Origin: an uncultured Acidobacteriota bacterium
Lineage (GTDB): Bacteria > Acidobacteriota > JAQAZP01
Assembly: GCA_963836075.1 (NCBI GenBank)
Contig: CAWIIB010000009.1
Coordinates: forward strand, 2,976,001-3,040,000
Reading direction: 5' to 3'
Length of the DNA: 64,000 nt
The position numbers were made by a program, and so were the translations under genes. Every line of letters begins with the position of its first letter. The stretch's first letter is position 1. Of this stretch, positions 54,189 through 64,000 are shown in pieces. The notes beneath the pieces are model-generated. The model was not told the origin of the DNA. It searched no databases and saw only the letters and a program-made list of their open reading frames with translations.

Positions 54189-56330
54189 ATGGCTTCTGAC
54201 CGCGGACAGCCCCTGCTCTTTATCGTTGCCACCGTCCTGGTGGCGATCTGTCTGGGGGCGGCGGTGCGGGTGGTCTCCGCGGACGGTGCGCACCAAACGC
54301 CGGAACCCGCCGTCACCGGGGACGACCTGCTGCTCGACTTCACCGGCCGGGCTGTTTCGGCCGCGGTTCCCTGGCACGTGGCGGGGAGCACGGACAGTGT
54401 GCGGCACACCGCCCGGGGGTTGCTGGTCGTTTCCAGCACCGCCGACGACCCGCCACGGCTGGTCCTCGAGCTGGGTGCCCCAAAGGAGAGCTTCAGTACC
54501 CTGGAAGTGACCATGGCGCTGAACAAGGGGGCCAGCGGAAGCGTCTGGGGCAGCCGCTATGCCGGCGAAAGACCGCCCGCGGACCAGCACTGGAGTTTTC
54601 CGCTGGAACCGGGCCAGGGCGTCCGGACCTACAGGGTGAACCTCGAGGCCGGGCAGCTCCGGGGCGCGCCACTCCACTCGTTGAACATCCAGTTGACCGA
54701 CGCACCGGTGCGGGCGGTGGTGCGTCAGGTCCGGCTGCTGCGGACCGCCGGCTGGAGGAGTTACATCAGGTGCCGATCGGGCCTGGAGAGCACGGTGGTG
54801 CTGGGCGGCATCGGGGTGTCCGCGGTAGTGGCCCCGGAATCCGGAGGGCTGACCCTGGACGTCGACCTGCCGGCCCACCGTCCGCTCCTGCAGTTGGCAA
54901 CCGCCATTCACCCGATGCAGAAGATGCTCGGGCGGCCGGGTACCGGGTTCCGGGCCCGGCTGGTGCCGCTGGACGGGCCGGATGCCGGTGAGGAGCACGC
55001 CGAGGTGGTATTCCAGCGGCAGGTGGATCCCACCGACCCGGATCAGCGGCGATGGTTCTTTGACCAGGCCGACCTCTCGGCGTGGGCCGGCCGCCGGGTG
55101 CGGCTCGTCCTGGACGCTTTGACCTGGCGCCGTGAGGGCGAGGGCCCTGAACGCCTGCTCCCCGGTCGTCCGCAGTGGGCCATGCCGCTCTGGGGGCCGG
55201 TGATGATTTCGGGTGGCGCCGCGGACGGCGCTCCACCGTCCACCGGGATGGTGCTGGTGCTGCTGGACGGGGTGGGGCAGAGCGAACTGGGGTGCTATGG
55301 CGACCCCGGAGGGTTCCCCGCGGTGAGCCGCTACCTAGGCGGGGCGGCCAATCTGCGATCCGCCTACCTCGTGGAATATGGCCGCCACCGTTTCTTCCAG
55401 ACTCTGTTCGGGGCCGATTATTTCACCCCGGGCCAGAGCCTGGTGACGCAGCTCCGCGGCCGGGGGGTCCGGACGGCGGCTTTTTACAGCGGCGGCACGG
55501 CCGAGCAACTGCTGCGCGACGAGCGCCTGCAGGCGGGGTTCCAGCTGATCGGCCGCAGTGAATTCGAACTCGGTCTGCCGCCCGCCGCGGGAGATGAGTG
55601 GTCAGCGTCGAACCCGCTGTTTGCTCTTCCCGGACCTCTCAGCTGGCTGCGGCAGTTGGGCCGCGAACCATTCTTCCTGGTGGTCCACCTCGGTGCCGGC
55701 GGGTCGAAGGTCTCGGCCCGGGCGGATCGCCTGGCCGCCATCGACGGTGCCATCGGCCGGCTGGCCGCCCTGTTGGACGCCCAGGGCCGCCTCCACGACA
55801 CGGTGATCTGTCTGGCCGGCCTCCGCGGTCCGGTGCGGGAGGCGCGGGTCGACCGGGGCTGCCGGTTGTGGGATGAATCGGCGCTGATTCCGTTGCTGGT
55901 CAGTGCACCCGGCGGTCTGCCCGGGGCGCCGGGCCGGGACCGGATCTTCCGTTCCATCGACATCCTGCCCACCCTGTGCGGTCTGGCCGGGTTGGAGATG
56001 GATACCGGCAACGGGGCCGGCCTTTCCCTTGCCCCCTGGTTGCGCGGCGAGGAGGCCGGAGCGTGGCCCGTGGATGAGGTCTATATCTCTCAGCGCCGGG
56101 AGGGCCGCCGCTACCTCGGGCTGCGGCGCGGGCCGATCAAACTGATCTGGCGAGTGGAGCCGCTGGCCCAGGCGGCCTGCTACGATCTGGACGCCGACCC
56201 CGGTGAACGGGTGGACATCTCGCCGTCCGGCCTGTTCAATCAGCCGCTGTTCAGCGCTGACCCGCTGGGGCCGCAGCTCTACACCCAGATGGTCCGCCGG
56301 CTGGAAGCGCACTTCGGCCCCAGACCATGA
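54189..56330 (+). CDS. sulfatase / alkaline-phosphatase-superfamily-like membrane protein (degenerate)
   Basis: LVLLDG, LGCYG, PFFLVVH, IPLLV, DILPTL, YDLDADPGE. Confidence 0.7.
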   Translation: MASDRGQPLLFIVATVLVAICLGAAVRVVSADGAHQTPEPAVTGDDLLLDFTGRAVSAAVPWHVAGSTDSVRHTARGLLVVSSTADDPPRLVLELGAPKESFSTLEVTMALNKGASGSVWGSRYAGERPPADQHWSFPLEPGQGVRTYRVNLEAGQLRGAPLHSLNIQLTDAPVRAVVRQVRLLRTAGWRSYIRCRSGLESTVVLGGIGVSAVVAPESGGLTLDVDLPAHRPLLQLATAIHPMQKMLGRPGTGFRARLVPLDGPDAGEEHAEVVFQRQVDPTDPDQRRWFFDQADLSAWAGRRVRLVLDALTWRREGEGPERLLPGRPQWAMPLWGPVMISGGAADGAPPSTGMVLVLLDGVGQSELGCYGDPGGFPAVSRYLGGAANLRSAYLVEYGRHRFFQTLFGADYFTPGQSLVTQLRGRGVRTAAFYSGGTAEQLLRDERLQAGFQLIGRSEFELGLPPAAGDEWSASNPLFALPGPLSWLRQLGREPFFLVVHLGAGGSKVSARADRLAAIDGAIGRLAALLDAQGRLHDTVICLAGLRGPVREARVDRGCRLWDESALIPLLVSAPGGLPGAPGRDRIFRSIDILPTLCGLAGLEMDTGNGAGLSLAPWLRGEEAGAWPVDEVYISQRREGRRYLGLRRGPIKLIWRVEPLAQAACYDLDADPGERVDISPSGLFNQPLFSADPLGPQLYTQMVRRLEAHFGPRP

Positions 56331-57361
56331 ACGATTCCGGGAAACAGCCCGGCGATGGGACAGGCGGCAGGCAGACGCGGCTGGCCGTGAGCCGGGAGAA
56401 GGTCCGCCGGGACCTGGCCCGTCTGCTGGGAGACCAGCGGGCCGATCGACTGCTGGAGCACCGGAACCTCCCCCCCGGTGATGCACCGGAGTTGCTGGGT
56501 GACCGCCGCCTCTCGGACGAAACGCTCCGCTTCCTCTTCAGCCTGCCGGGCTGGAACACCGACTATCCGGTGAAGGCGGCCATGTCCCTGCATCCGCGCT
56601 GCCCGCTGTCTCTGCTGCGGATCCTGATCAACTCGCTGCGGCTGGCCGACCTGGTCCAGGTGATGACCAGCCGGGATATCCCCCGTGCCGGGAGCCGGAT
56701 GGCCGCGGACCTGTTTGGCAAACGGCTACCCGAAACGGCCCTGGGCCGCAAGATTCAGCTTTCGCGCACCGGCGGCCGTCTGGTGCATGAGCAACTGCTG
56801 CGGGACCCCGACCCCCGGGTGCTGGCGTTTCTGCTGGACGGGCCGCTGCTCACCGAGGGGGACCTGGTGAAACTGCTCCGCGACCCGAAAACCACCGCGG
56901 AAAAAGTCGGGCTGGTGGCCGGGTCGGAACGCTGGAGACCCCGCTACCAGATACGTCTGGAACTGGCCCGGCACCGGTTCACCGGGGAGGAGGAGCGGAG
57001 CGGGGCGGCTTCGGGTCTCCTGATCCAGGACCTTCAGGCTCTGCTGGACGACCGAAACCTCTCCCCTGAGACCCAACGATTGCTATATACTATTTTGCGC
57101 GACCGAATCGAGGACCAGTCCGACGAGGAGCAATTGGCCCTGGCCCGCAGCAGGCCGGGGCGGCATACGGTGAATCTGCTGCTGGGTGGTTGCCGGGAGG
57201 CGGTGATTCTGGAACTGCTGCAGCGCAGGCAGCTGGAGCCGGCCCAGTGTCAGGCGCTGGCCAACGACCCGCACTGTCCGGCTGCTGTTCTCGAAACACT
57301 GGCCCGCATGGAGGATATCCCTGGGGTGGTCAAGAGGATTCCTGACAATTCCGATAAGTAA
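56327..57361 (+). CDS. hypothetical alpha-helical repeat protein
   Basis: Overlaps the previous stop; Leu/Arg-rich helical pattern, HPRCP, ERWRPRYQIRLELA. Confidence 0.7.
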   Translation: MNDSGKQPGDGTGGRQTRLAVSREKVRRDLARLLGDQRADRLLEHRNLPPGDAPELLGDRRLSDETLRFLFSLPGWNTDYPVKAAMSLHPRCPLSLLRILINSLRLADLVQVMTSRDIPRAGSRMAADLFGKRLPETALGRKIQLSRTGGRLVHEQLLRDPDPRVLAFLLDGPLLTEGDLVKLLRDPKTTAEKVGLVAGSERWRPRYQIRLELARHRFTGEEERSGAASGLLIQDLQALLDDRNLSPETQRLLYTILRDRIEDQSDEEQLALARSRPGRHTVNLLLGGCREAVILELLQRRQLEPAQCQALANDPHCPAAVLETLARMEDIPGVVKRIPDNSDK

Positions 57362-57421
57362 GCACAGTGATCATAACGTACATCGGGAACGGCGACACCG
57401 GTCAATGGAGGATCTGCTTCG

Positions 57422-57809
57422 ATGAGTGGGAATGAAACGAACTACAGCGAACGCCGCAAGCACCCCCGCGTGGAGATGATGCATAGCGTGGGCGGCGAAG
57501 TTCAGGCCGTGGTTGCCTCCTCGATCATCAATCTCAGTGTCAGCGGCACGTTGGTGGAGCTGCCCTGCCGCCTCAATCCCGGTGGCCTGTATGAGATCAA
57601 TGTGAGTTTTGCCGACCGTGTGATCAGTACCGGTGGCCCAGGTGATCCGCAGCTACGTGCACTCGGTGGGTCATACCGAGAGCGGTACGTCCACTCTGCT
57701 CTACCGGGCCGGCCTGGTCTTCAACAAGCTGGACGACGAGGACCGGGACTTTCTCGAAAAATTCATCGCCCAGAACCTGGAGGGTGAGGAAGGTTTCGAG
57801 ATCCCCTGA
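57422..57809 (+). CDS. PilZ-domain protein; frameshift at about 57631
   Basis: RRKHPR and NLSVSG c-di-GMP motifs; shifted frame VAQVIRS...YRAGLVFNKLDDEDRDFLEKFI to TGA 57807-57809. Confidence 0.82.
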
Positions 57810-57845
57810 TTATTCGGGCGAGCCTTTCAGCTCAGGACCCCGTTC

Positions 57846-60440
57846 ATGCAGCGCCTGCTCAAGCGGATCTCTCATCTTTGCTGGACCCGCCCTGCCGCGG
57901 TGCTCTGCGGTGTCGCCCTGACCACTCTTGTCCTGGCCGTGGCCGCCCTGGTTTCCCTGCGGCTGGACACCGACATCGCCCAGCTGATGCCCGAGCGTTC
58001 CCGGGCCTCCCTCGACCTCCAGGCCTGCCTCGATGCCTTCGGGGCCGATGACCGGCTGCTCATCGCCCTCGGTCCGGTAAGCGACCAGGTGTCGGGCGAT
58101 TCTTCCGAGCTGCTCTATGCCCTGGCCGACGAGGTGGTGGCGGAGCTGTCCGGGTCCGGCTGCTTTCACCAGGTGGATTGCGGTCCGGGTCCCGACTTCA
58201 CCACCCAGTTCGCCGGCCACTTCCTGCCCCACGTCTTCCAGATTCTGCCGCCGGAGAGTTCCCGTCACCTGCTTCCCGGGCTGGCCCCCGGGGAAGTCAG
58301 GCGGGCGGTGCACCGGGCCCGGCTCAGGCTGACGGGCGGGTCACCGGAGATGCTCAAGCAACTGGTGCGGGTGGACCCGCTGGACTTCGCCTCCCGGCTG
58401 GATGACCTGCGCCGGGAGCAGCCCCGGGAGCGGGCCGAGCTGGGCCCGGGCAGCATGGATCTGGAGTCGGGGGACGGCTACCTGCTCTCCGGGGACCGCC
58501 GCCGGGTGCTGATCGTCGGCTATCCCACGGGCCGGGCACTGGACACGGGCTTTGCCCGCCGGCTGCTGGATACCACGAAAGCGGCCGTGGAACGCTGCCG
58601 CACTGAGCTGGCCGCCGAGGAAGAGATTCCCGCGCTGGCGCAGCTCCCCGCGGAATACGGCGGCGGGTATCTCTTTGCTCTCGAGGATGAGGCGAACACC
58701 AAAAAGGACGTCAAGATCACCCTGGTGGGATCGCTTCTCGCCCTGCTGATCCTGATGTCCTACGCCTACCGGCGGCCCCGGCTGGTGCTGATCATCGGCC
58801 TGCCGCTGTTCACCGGCGGCGTCTGGACCCTCGGGCTCACCGGTCTGTTCCTCGGACGGCTGAACATGATCTCCCTCGGCTTCGGGGCGATCCTCTTCGG
58901 CCTGGGCATGGACTTCAGCATCCACCTGCTGAACCGGCTCCTCGATCTCCTCGAGGAGGGGAAAGCACCGGCCGAGGCCCTGGACTGCGGTCTGGCCGAG
59001 ACCGGGACGGCGATCCTCGGCAGCGGCCTGACCACCTCGGCGGCCTTCTTCTCCCTGGTGGTCTGCGGCCTGCCCGGCCTCAAGGAACTGGGCATCATCA
59101 CCGGTCTCGGCGTGCTGGCCACCATGATCGCCGTGCTCTTTACCCTGCCCGCAGTGATCGCCCTGGTCTGCCGCCGGCACGGCGGCAGCAGTCTGCCCGA
59201 CAGCTGGTTCCCCCGCCGCCGGCCGACCTTTGGCGCCCCGCTGCTGGCCCGGCTGGTCACCGGCCACCCTGGAAAAACCCTCGTCGTTGCGTCGGCCCTG
59301 ACCGTCCTGCTCTTCCTGCTCCCCGGCGGCCCGCTCCGCTTCGACCTCGACCTGCACAACCTTCGGCCCGCCGGCTCCGAGGCAGCGGCTGGCCAGGAGC
59401 ATTTCGAGCAGTCATTCGGCCGGGGCCTGGGCGAGCCGCTGATGGTGATGCTGGAAGGGCCGGATGCCGATTCCCTCCTCGCCACCGCGGAGGACGTGAT
59501 CACCGTGCTGGGGAACATCGAGGGAACGCTGCGCCCCAGCATGGTGGAGAGCGCCACCGACTGGCTGCCCTCGCTGCGCAGGCAGGATCAGAATCTCAAG
59601 ATACTGGAGGGCATCGATCTCGCGGCCACGGCAACAGCACTGGCCGCTGCCGGCGAAACCCACGGGTTCGCCCCGGATGCTTTTGCCCCGTTCCAGCGCT
59701 CTCTGGACCACCTGATCCGGGGGGATCCGGAGTGGCTCAGGCCCGGACTGTTGGCGCCGGCGCTGGAGGAGATGCTGGCCCTGCGCTACCTGCGGCCGGC
59801 AGCGGAAGGGCAGGGGCTGGCCCTGGCCTTCTACCTCTTCCCCGGCGAGCACCGCTGGAACGACGATGAGCTGCTGCAGCTGCGCCGCACGGTGGACCTG
59901 GCCGCCGTGGGAGTGAAGGTACCGCGTCTCGCTTCGCTCTCCCTGCTGATGGCCGAGTTCAAGACCACCGTGGGGCAGCGATTCACCGAGGCCCTGGGGC
60001 TCTCGCTGCTGCTGGTGGTGGTCATTCTCCTGCTGCAGTTCCGCCGGCCGCTGCGCGTGCTGCTCACCCTGGTGCCGCTCGGTGCGGCCCTGCTCTGGAC
60101 CGCTGGCCTGCTCCGTCTCGGCGGCGCGCCGGTGCAGTTCATCGGCGCCATGGCCATCCCGCTGATTGTCGGTATCGGCATCGACGACGGCATCCACATG
60201 GTCAACCGTCTGCGCTCCCTGGTCCCCGGTGAAGACCTCGCCCCGGCGGTGGCCGCCATGGGCCGCTCGGTGATCCTCACCACCCTGACCACCGTGGCCG
60301 GTTTCGGCTCGCTGGCCCTGGCCGAGATGCCGGGACTGGCCGGCCTGGGCCGTATCGCCGTCATCGGCGTCCTGTTCTGCCTCGCCGCCACCCTGCTTCT
60401 GCTGCCGGCCCTGGTGGCGCTCAAGCGGAAGTTTTCCTGA
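57846..60440 (+). CDS. MMPL-family (RND) lipid exporter, HpnN-like
   Basis: Two TM bundles, GLGMDFSIH, GIGIDDGIH, LTTVAGFGSL. Confidence 0.88.
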   Translation: MQRLLKRISHLCWTRPAAVLCGVALTTLVLAVAALVSLRLDTDIAQLMPERSRASLDLQACLDAFGADDRLLIALGPVSDQVSGDSSELLYALADEVVAELSGSGCFHQVDCGPGPDFTTQFAGHFLPHVFQILPPESSRHLLPGLAPGEVRRAVHRARLRLTGGSPEMLKQLVRVDPLDFASRLDDLRREQPRERAELGPGSMDLESGDGYLLSGDRRRVLIVGYPTGRALDTGFARRLLDTTKAAVERCRTELAAEEEIPALAQLPAEYGGGYLFALEDEANTKKDVKITLVGSLLALLILMSYAYRRPRLVLIIGLPLFTGGVWTLGLTGLFLGRLNMISLGFGAILFGLGMDFSIHLLNRLLDLLEEGKAPAEALDCGLAETGTAILGSGLTTSAAFFSLVVCGLPGLKELGIITGLGVLATMIAVLFTLPAVIALVCRRHGGSSLPDSWFPRRRPTFGAPLLARLVTGHPGKTLVVASALTVLLFLLPGGPLRFDLDLHNLRPAGSEAAAGQEHFEQSFGRGLGEPLMVMLEGPDADSLLATAEDVITVLGNIEGTLRPSMVESATDWLPSLRRQDQNLKILEGIDLAATATALAAAGETHGFAPDAFAPFQRSLDHLIRGDPEWLRPGLLAPALEEMLALRYLRPAAEGQGLALAFYLFPGEHRWNDDELLQLRRTVDLAAVGVKVPRLASLSLLMAEFKTTVGQRFTEALGLSLLLVVVILLLQFRRPLRVLLTLVPLGAALLWTAGLLRLGGAPVQFIGAMAIPLIVGIGIDDGIHMVNRLRSLVPGEDLAPAVAAMGRSVILTTLTTVAGFGSLALAEMPGLAGLGRIAVIGVLFCLAATLLLLPALVALKRKFS

Positions 60441-60566
60441 TCATCGCGCTGAACGTCCCTCCCTTTTGCTCATGAATTTTCCGGTTTTTGCCGATTACTA
60501 AAAATAATGCAGTAAGAACGCGGCACGACTGTTGTTGTCAGGCTGGATCGGAGCACCGGGGAGGAA

Positions 60567-61802
60567 TTGGCTGGTATGAGCTGGGACGGCACATGTTGGT
60601 CGGGTTCGCTGGGCGATGGCCTGTACCCGCCGATGATCATCAGCCGAATCTACCTCGATCAGATGACCGGCGATCTGCGTTTGAGCACACTCTCTTCCTA
60701 CTACATCCTTCACTTCGAACAGGGAAGCCTGGTGGACTGCACCTCGGGCAATCCGGCGGCGGACACCCCCCCCCGGCAGGCGGTCAGCGATCTGTTCAAC
60801 TGGGACGATGGCTGGTATTCATTCACGGAGTCCCCTGCGGGCCAGACGGCTGAGACGTCAAACTGTCGTGCCACGGCGGAGATAATCCTCGACGGGGTGA
60901 GGGAGATAGAAAACCTCACACTGGTGGAGCAGGCGTTGGGACATGCCGCAGGTCTGGTCTCGCCGGTGGAGACACCGCCGGATATCACCATCTTTGATTT
61001 TTCCATGGTGGAGGGCTTTCTGCTCTCGCGGCTGGAGGGTTCCAGTTCGGTGCAGGATCTCTGCCTGGTCAGTCCGGTCACCAGGCCGGAGACCCTCCTT
61101 GGCCTCTACGTCCTGCTCTGTACCGGAATGGTGGAAACCACGGCTCTTCCGCCTCCGCAGGATGGGGCGGCAATCCCCGGTCCCTCGGAGGAGCGGTCCC
61201 CGGAACCGATCGCTCCCCAGTTGTTGATGCCGTCCGCTCCCGCAATTGAGATGAAGAGCATCCCTGAAAAGCAGACGCTGGGCGTTCCCTCAAACAGAAA
61301 CTGGCGGGATGAAGCTGCCGCGGTTTACGGGAAAGCGCTGCCCGAGAGGGAATCGAGTGGCGTCCTGAAAGGAAGTGAGCCGGAGGGACCAGAGGACATG
61401 GCCCGGTATCACTTCGAACAAGGGCTCGAACATTTCACCAGAGAGGATTTCCACAGTGCGGTCCAGCTGTTCCGGCTGGCGGTCAAGATCGACGACCAGA
61501 AGGCCGAGTATCACCGGCACCTGGCGCTGGCCCTTTCCCGCAATCCGCTGTGGAGCCGGCGGGCCGAAGAGGCATTGCGGCGGGCGGTGGAACTGGAGCC
61601 GAAACATGCCGAGACCCACTACTTCCTCGGGCGGATCTACCTCGACTCGGGGATGCCGGCACGGGCGGTCGAACACTTTGAGAGGTCACTGCAGATCGAC
61701 CCTGAACTGGAACCGGCGCGGCTGGAGCTGCTGGTGATGAAAGATCCGGCTCCGGAAAAGAAGAGGGAGCCGGTGCCCGTTTCCCTGTTCGACGGGAAGT
61801 AG
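60567..61802 (+). CDS. DUF4388-like N-terminal domain + TPR protein
   Basis: MTGDLRL, LFNWDDGWYSF, IILDGVR; TPR helices in the C-terminal third. Confidence 0.75.
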   Translation: MAGMSWDGTCWSGSLGDGLYPPMIISRIYLDQMTGDLRLSTLSSYYILHFEQGSLVDCTSGNPAADTPPRQAVSDLFNWDDGWYSFTESPAGQTAETSNCRATAEIILDGVREIENLTLVEQALGHAAGLVSPVETPPDITIFDFSMVEGFLLSRLEGSSSVQDLCLVSPVTRPETLLGLYVLLCTGMVETTALPPPQDGAAIPGPSEERSPEPIAPQLLMPSAPAIEMKSIPEKQTLGVPSNRNWRDEAAAVYGKALPERESSGVLKGSEPEGPEDMARYHFEQGLEHFTREDFHSAVQLFRLAVKIDDQKAEYHRHLALALSRNPLWSRRAEEALRRAVELEPKHAETHYFLGRIYLDSGMPARAVEHFERSLQIDPELEPARLELLVMKDPAPEKKREPVPVSLFDGK

Positions 61803-61857
61803 AAGGAAAAAAGGGGCCGGCCGCTGTTCACGGCACGGCCCCTGGACTGTTTGACGA

Positions 61858-62649
61858 CTACTCTTCTGCTTCCTGGTCGGCGGTGACGCTGACCATGATC
61901 TCGCGCTGTTCGCCGTCCTCGCTTTCGATCACCTGGACATCAACCCCTTCGGCGCCCTGTTCCACCAGCGACTGCCGGATCATCTGCTCGATCTCGGCCG
62001 CGCTCATCCCTTCGCAGTCGATACGCACTTCCAGCTCGCCGGTGAGGCGATTGAAAATGGTCCCGGAACTGCTCTCGGTCACCGGGGTGATGGTGGTCTC
62101 GGCGGCGGCTAAAACCGGGTATTCCGCGGTGAGAGCGGACAGCACCGCGCCCGGCGCGCCCGGGTCTTCGGTGAACAGCAGGAGATCGATCAACAGCGGG
62201 CCCCCATCAGGACTCATGCGGATGCTGTTGTTCCAGCTCTCGATCCCGTAGGACGGATCGTTGAGGATGGCGGCAAAATCGAGTGTCTGCAGTTCCCCGG
62301 CGGGCTCGGTCAGTTCAAAGGTCAGCCGGGCGCCGATCTCGGCGGTCTGCGAGAAGGGGACGGCAAAGAAGGCGATGAGAATGATGAAGCTGCAGGCACC
62401 GATCAGTGCCGGTTTCCTGGTCCACCCGGCGGTGGTCTTGTGGTTCTGTCTCATGTCGTGCTCCCGTTGGTGTCCGGTGAGAATCATGCGTTCCGTTTCG
62501 TCCCAGCCGGGAACGGTGGTCTGCGCGGCGCGGAAGGCCTCCACGGCCCTGCCGTAGCGCTGTCCTGCCTCGCCCGCCCGCTGCTGCCGGTTCGTCTCCG
62601 GATCAGCGGTGTGCTTTTTCAGCGGCTTCCAGTCTCGTTCTGTAGTCAT
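61858..62649 (-). CDS. putative anti-sigma membrane protein
   Basis: Directly downstream of the ECF sigma gene; single TM ALIGACSFIILIAFFAVPF. Confidence 0.6.
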   Translation of the reverse strand: MTTERDWKPLKKHTADPETNRQQRAGEAGQRYGRAVEAFRAAQTTVPGWDETERMILTGHQREHDMRQNHKTTAGWTRKPALIGACSFIILIAFFAVPFSQTAEIGARLTFELTEPAGELQTLDFAAILNDPSYGIESWNNSIRMSPDGGPLLIDLLLFTEDPGAPGAVLSALTAEYPVLAAAETTITPVTESSSGTIFNRLTGELEVRIDCEGMSAAEIEQMIRQSLVEQGAEGVDVQVIESEDGEQREIMVSVTADQEAEE

Positions 62650-63226
62650 GGCCGTTCACCTGTCTGGCGCGGGGAGCCCCCGGCCGGGGCCGGTCTCCCG
62701 AATAGAGGGTCTGGAGTTCCCTTCGGGCTCTGGAAACGCGTGTCTTGGCGGCGGTGACGGAGATCCGCTGGATCTCGGCGATCTCTCCGATGGAGTATCC
62801 CTCCACCTCGAAGAGCACCACCGCTTCCCGTTTGGCGGGCGTCAGCCGCTGGAGACACTGGCGCAGGCGGATGGCCCGGTCCGGGTCGGGTGGATCCACG
62901 GCGGATTCACCTGCGGAGGGGCTGTTTGTCGATCGTCCGGGCCGGGGGGACAGGCCGATCAGCTGCCGCAGCCGCTGGCGCCGGCACTGGCTTCGATGCT
63001 CGTTGACGACGATCGACGAGAGCCATTGCCGGAAGCGGCGGCGGTTCCTGAGGCTGTCCAGCTTCACCAGCGCCTTGAGAATCGCCTGCTGGTAGAGGTC
63101 CTGCCCGTCGTCGTCGGAACGGCAGAGACGGTTGCAGAACCGTGCCAGATACTCGTGGTGCGGCTTCAGCAGTTCTGCGAAAGCCGCCCGCTGTTCAGTT
63201 GTCAGTTGCCTGGTCATGCGTCGCAT
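62603..63226 (-). CDS. ECF RNA polymerase sigma factor
   Basis: DLYQQAILKA, FRQWLSSIVVN, REAVVLFEVEGYSIGEIAEI, TRVSRAR. Confidence 0.9.
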   Translation of the reverse strand: MRRMTRQLTTEQRAAFAELLKPHHEYLARFCNRLCRSDDDGQDLYQQAILKALVKLDSLRNRRRFRQWLSSIVVNEHRSQCRRQRLRQLIGLSPRPGRSTNSPSAGESAVDPPDPDRAIRLRQCLQRLTPAKREAVVLFEVEGYSIGEIAEIQRISVTAAKTRVSRARRELQTLYSGDRPRPGAPRARQVNGHDYRTRLEAAEKAHR

Positions 63227-63263
63227 CCGGATTCCAAATGAACATATCCGCGGTGTTCACCCT

Positions 63264-63295
63264 TATAAGACGAACGGGGGACCTGTTTGGTGGCA
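63264..63295 (-). promoter_or_regulatory. putative ECF autoregulatory promoter
   Basis: TGCCAC-N17-CGTCTTATA upstream of the sigma gene. Confidence 0.45.
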
Positions 63296-63302
63296 CACTA
63301 TT

Positions 63303-64000
63303 TTACCGGGAATCGAACCACTGGGGCACGTCGGCGTGCCGCGGGCGGCGGCCGTAGAAAAGGTTGTCCAGCCGGTGGGCCAGCCGGCGGGCCAGGGGGT
63401 TGGCGGCGCAGGCCTGGCGGACCAGGTTGTGGTAGAGGGTGGCCGGCTTGGCATAGGGGCAGACAGCGATACAGAGTCCGCAGTCGGTGCCCGCCCGGAG
63501 CCAGTAGCGGTAGCACTCCTCCTGGCTCGACTGCCACTTCAGCAGGCCGCGAACCTCCACGCGGTCGCCGTGGGGGATGGCCCGGCCCGGGCAGCAGTCA
63601 GCGCATTTGAGGCAGATGCGGCAGAAATCCTGTGCTCCAAAGGGCCGCGGTTCGTCGGGCACCAGCGGCAGGTCGGTGGTCACCGCGGCCAGGCGGACCC
63701 GCGGGCCGTGGGTCGGGGTGAGCAGCAGCCCCAGCCGCCCGATCTCGCCCAGGCCGGCATCCACCGCCGCCGCGGTGGCCAGCACCCGGTAGTTGCCGTC
63801 CACGTGGGCCCGGGCCGGATAGCCCAGACGGGAGCAGTATCCGGCCAGCGTGGCGGCGATCATGGTGCCGCGGAGATACTGGGTGGCGCTCTCGGCGATG
63901 GCCGGCATCATCGGGGCGTTGCGGATCAGCTCCGGATCCATCTCCACGGTGAAGACGATGACGAAGCGGTGGTGCAGGGTCACCGGTTCGCCCCAGGCGC
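63303..64000 (-). CDS. reductive-dehalogenase-like / QueG-like corrinoid 4Fe-4S dicluster protein, 5'-truncated by window edge
   Basis: AGLGEIGR, GPRVRL, TDLPL, FCRICLKCADCCP, KW...C..YW, CGLCIAVCPY. Confidence 0.82.
   Translation of the reverse strand, partial: AWGEPVTLHHRFVIVFTVEMDPELIRNAPMMPAIAESATQYLRGTMIAATLAGYCSRLGYPARAHVDGNYRVLATAAAVDAGLGEIGRLGLLLTPTHGPRVRLAAVTTDLPLVPDEPRPFGAQDFCRICLKCADCCPGRAIPHGDRVEVRGLLKWQSSQEECYRYWLRAGTDCGLCIAVCPYAKPATLYHNLVRQACAANPLARRLAHRLDNLFYGRRPRHADVPQWFDSR

Noticed and set aside
62603-62700. Fifth frameshift at the ECF sigma C-terminus (an alternative frame ends in an ATGA overlap at 62646-62649)
   Set aside because: Region 4 is already complete and the tail is unconserved, so it cannot be decided from sequence alone

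Overview
GC-rich bacterial chromosomal segment with about 45 genes and no rRNA, tRNA, CRISPR array, integrase or transposase. The VWA protein, Oar-type TonB receptor, corrinoid/MttB genes, B12-radical SAM enzymes and RdhA-like protein suggest an anaerobic Acidobacteriota-like organism (inference). Housekeeping and metabolic genes: glnA, lipA, rnhA, fabG, a LonC-type protease, a ClC channel and an MMPL transporter. There are also many secreted proteins: FN3, BNR propeller, spondin, gingipain C25, and three beta-helix/FG-GAP paralogs, two of which form a mosaic 2.8-kb duplication flanking a MazF-type toxin-antitoxin module. The best novelty candidate is a tandem pair of small putative selenoproteins missed by the ORF track (8359-8553 and 8558-8788). 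Each has an in-frame TGA followed by a bacterial-SECIS-like hairpin, and they lie downstream of a His-rich transporter. Other highlights: an MglA-like GTPase-GAF-histidine kinase fusion, a corrinoid/homocysteine-methyltransferase/non-Pyl MttB operon, an acyltransferase + two B12-radical SAM + SGNH lipid cluster, and a perfect AT-rich 66-bp palindrome. Four genes carry single frameshifts, probably assembly errors. All family calls come from motif recognition by eye; no database searches were run.
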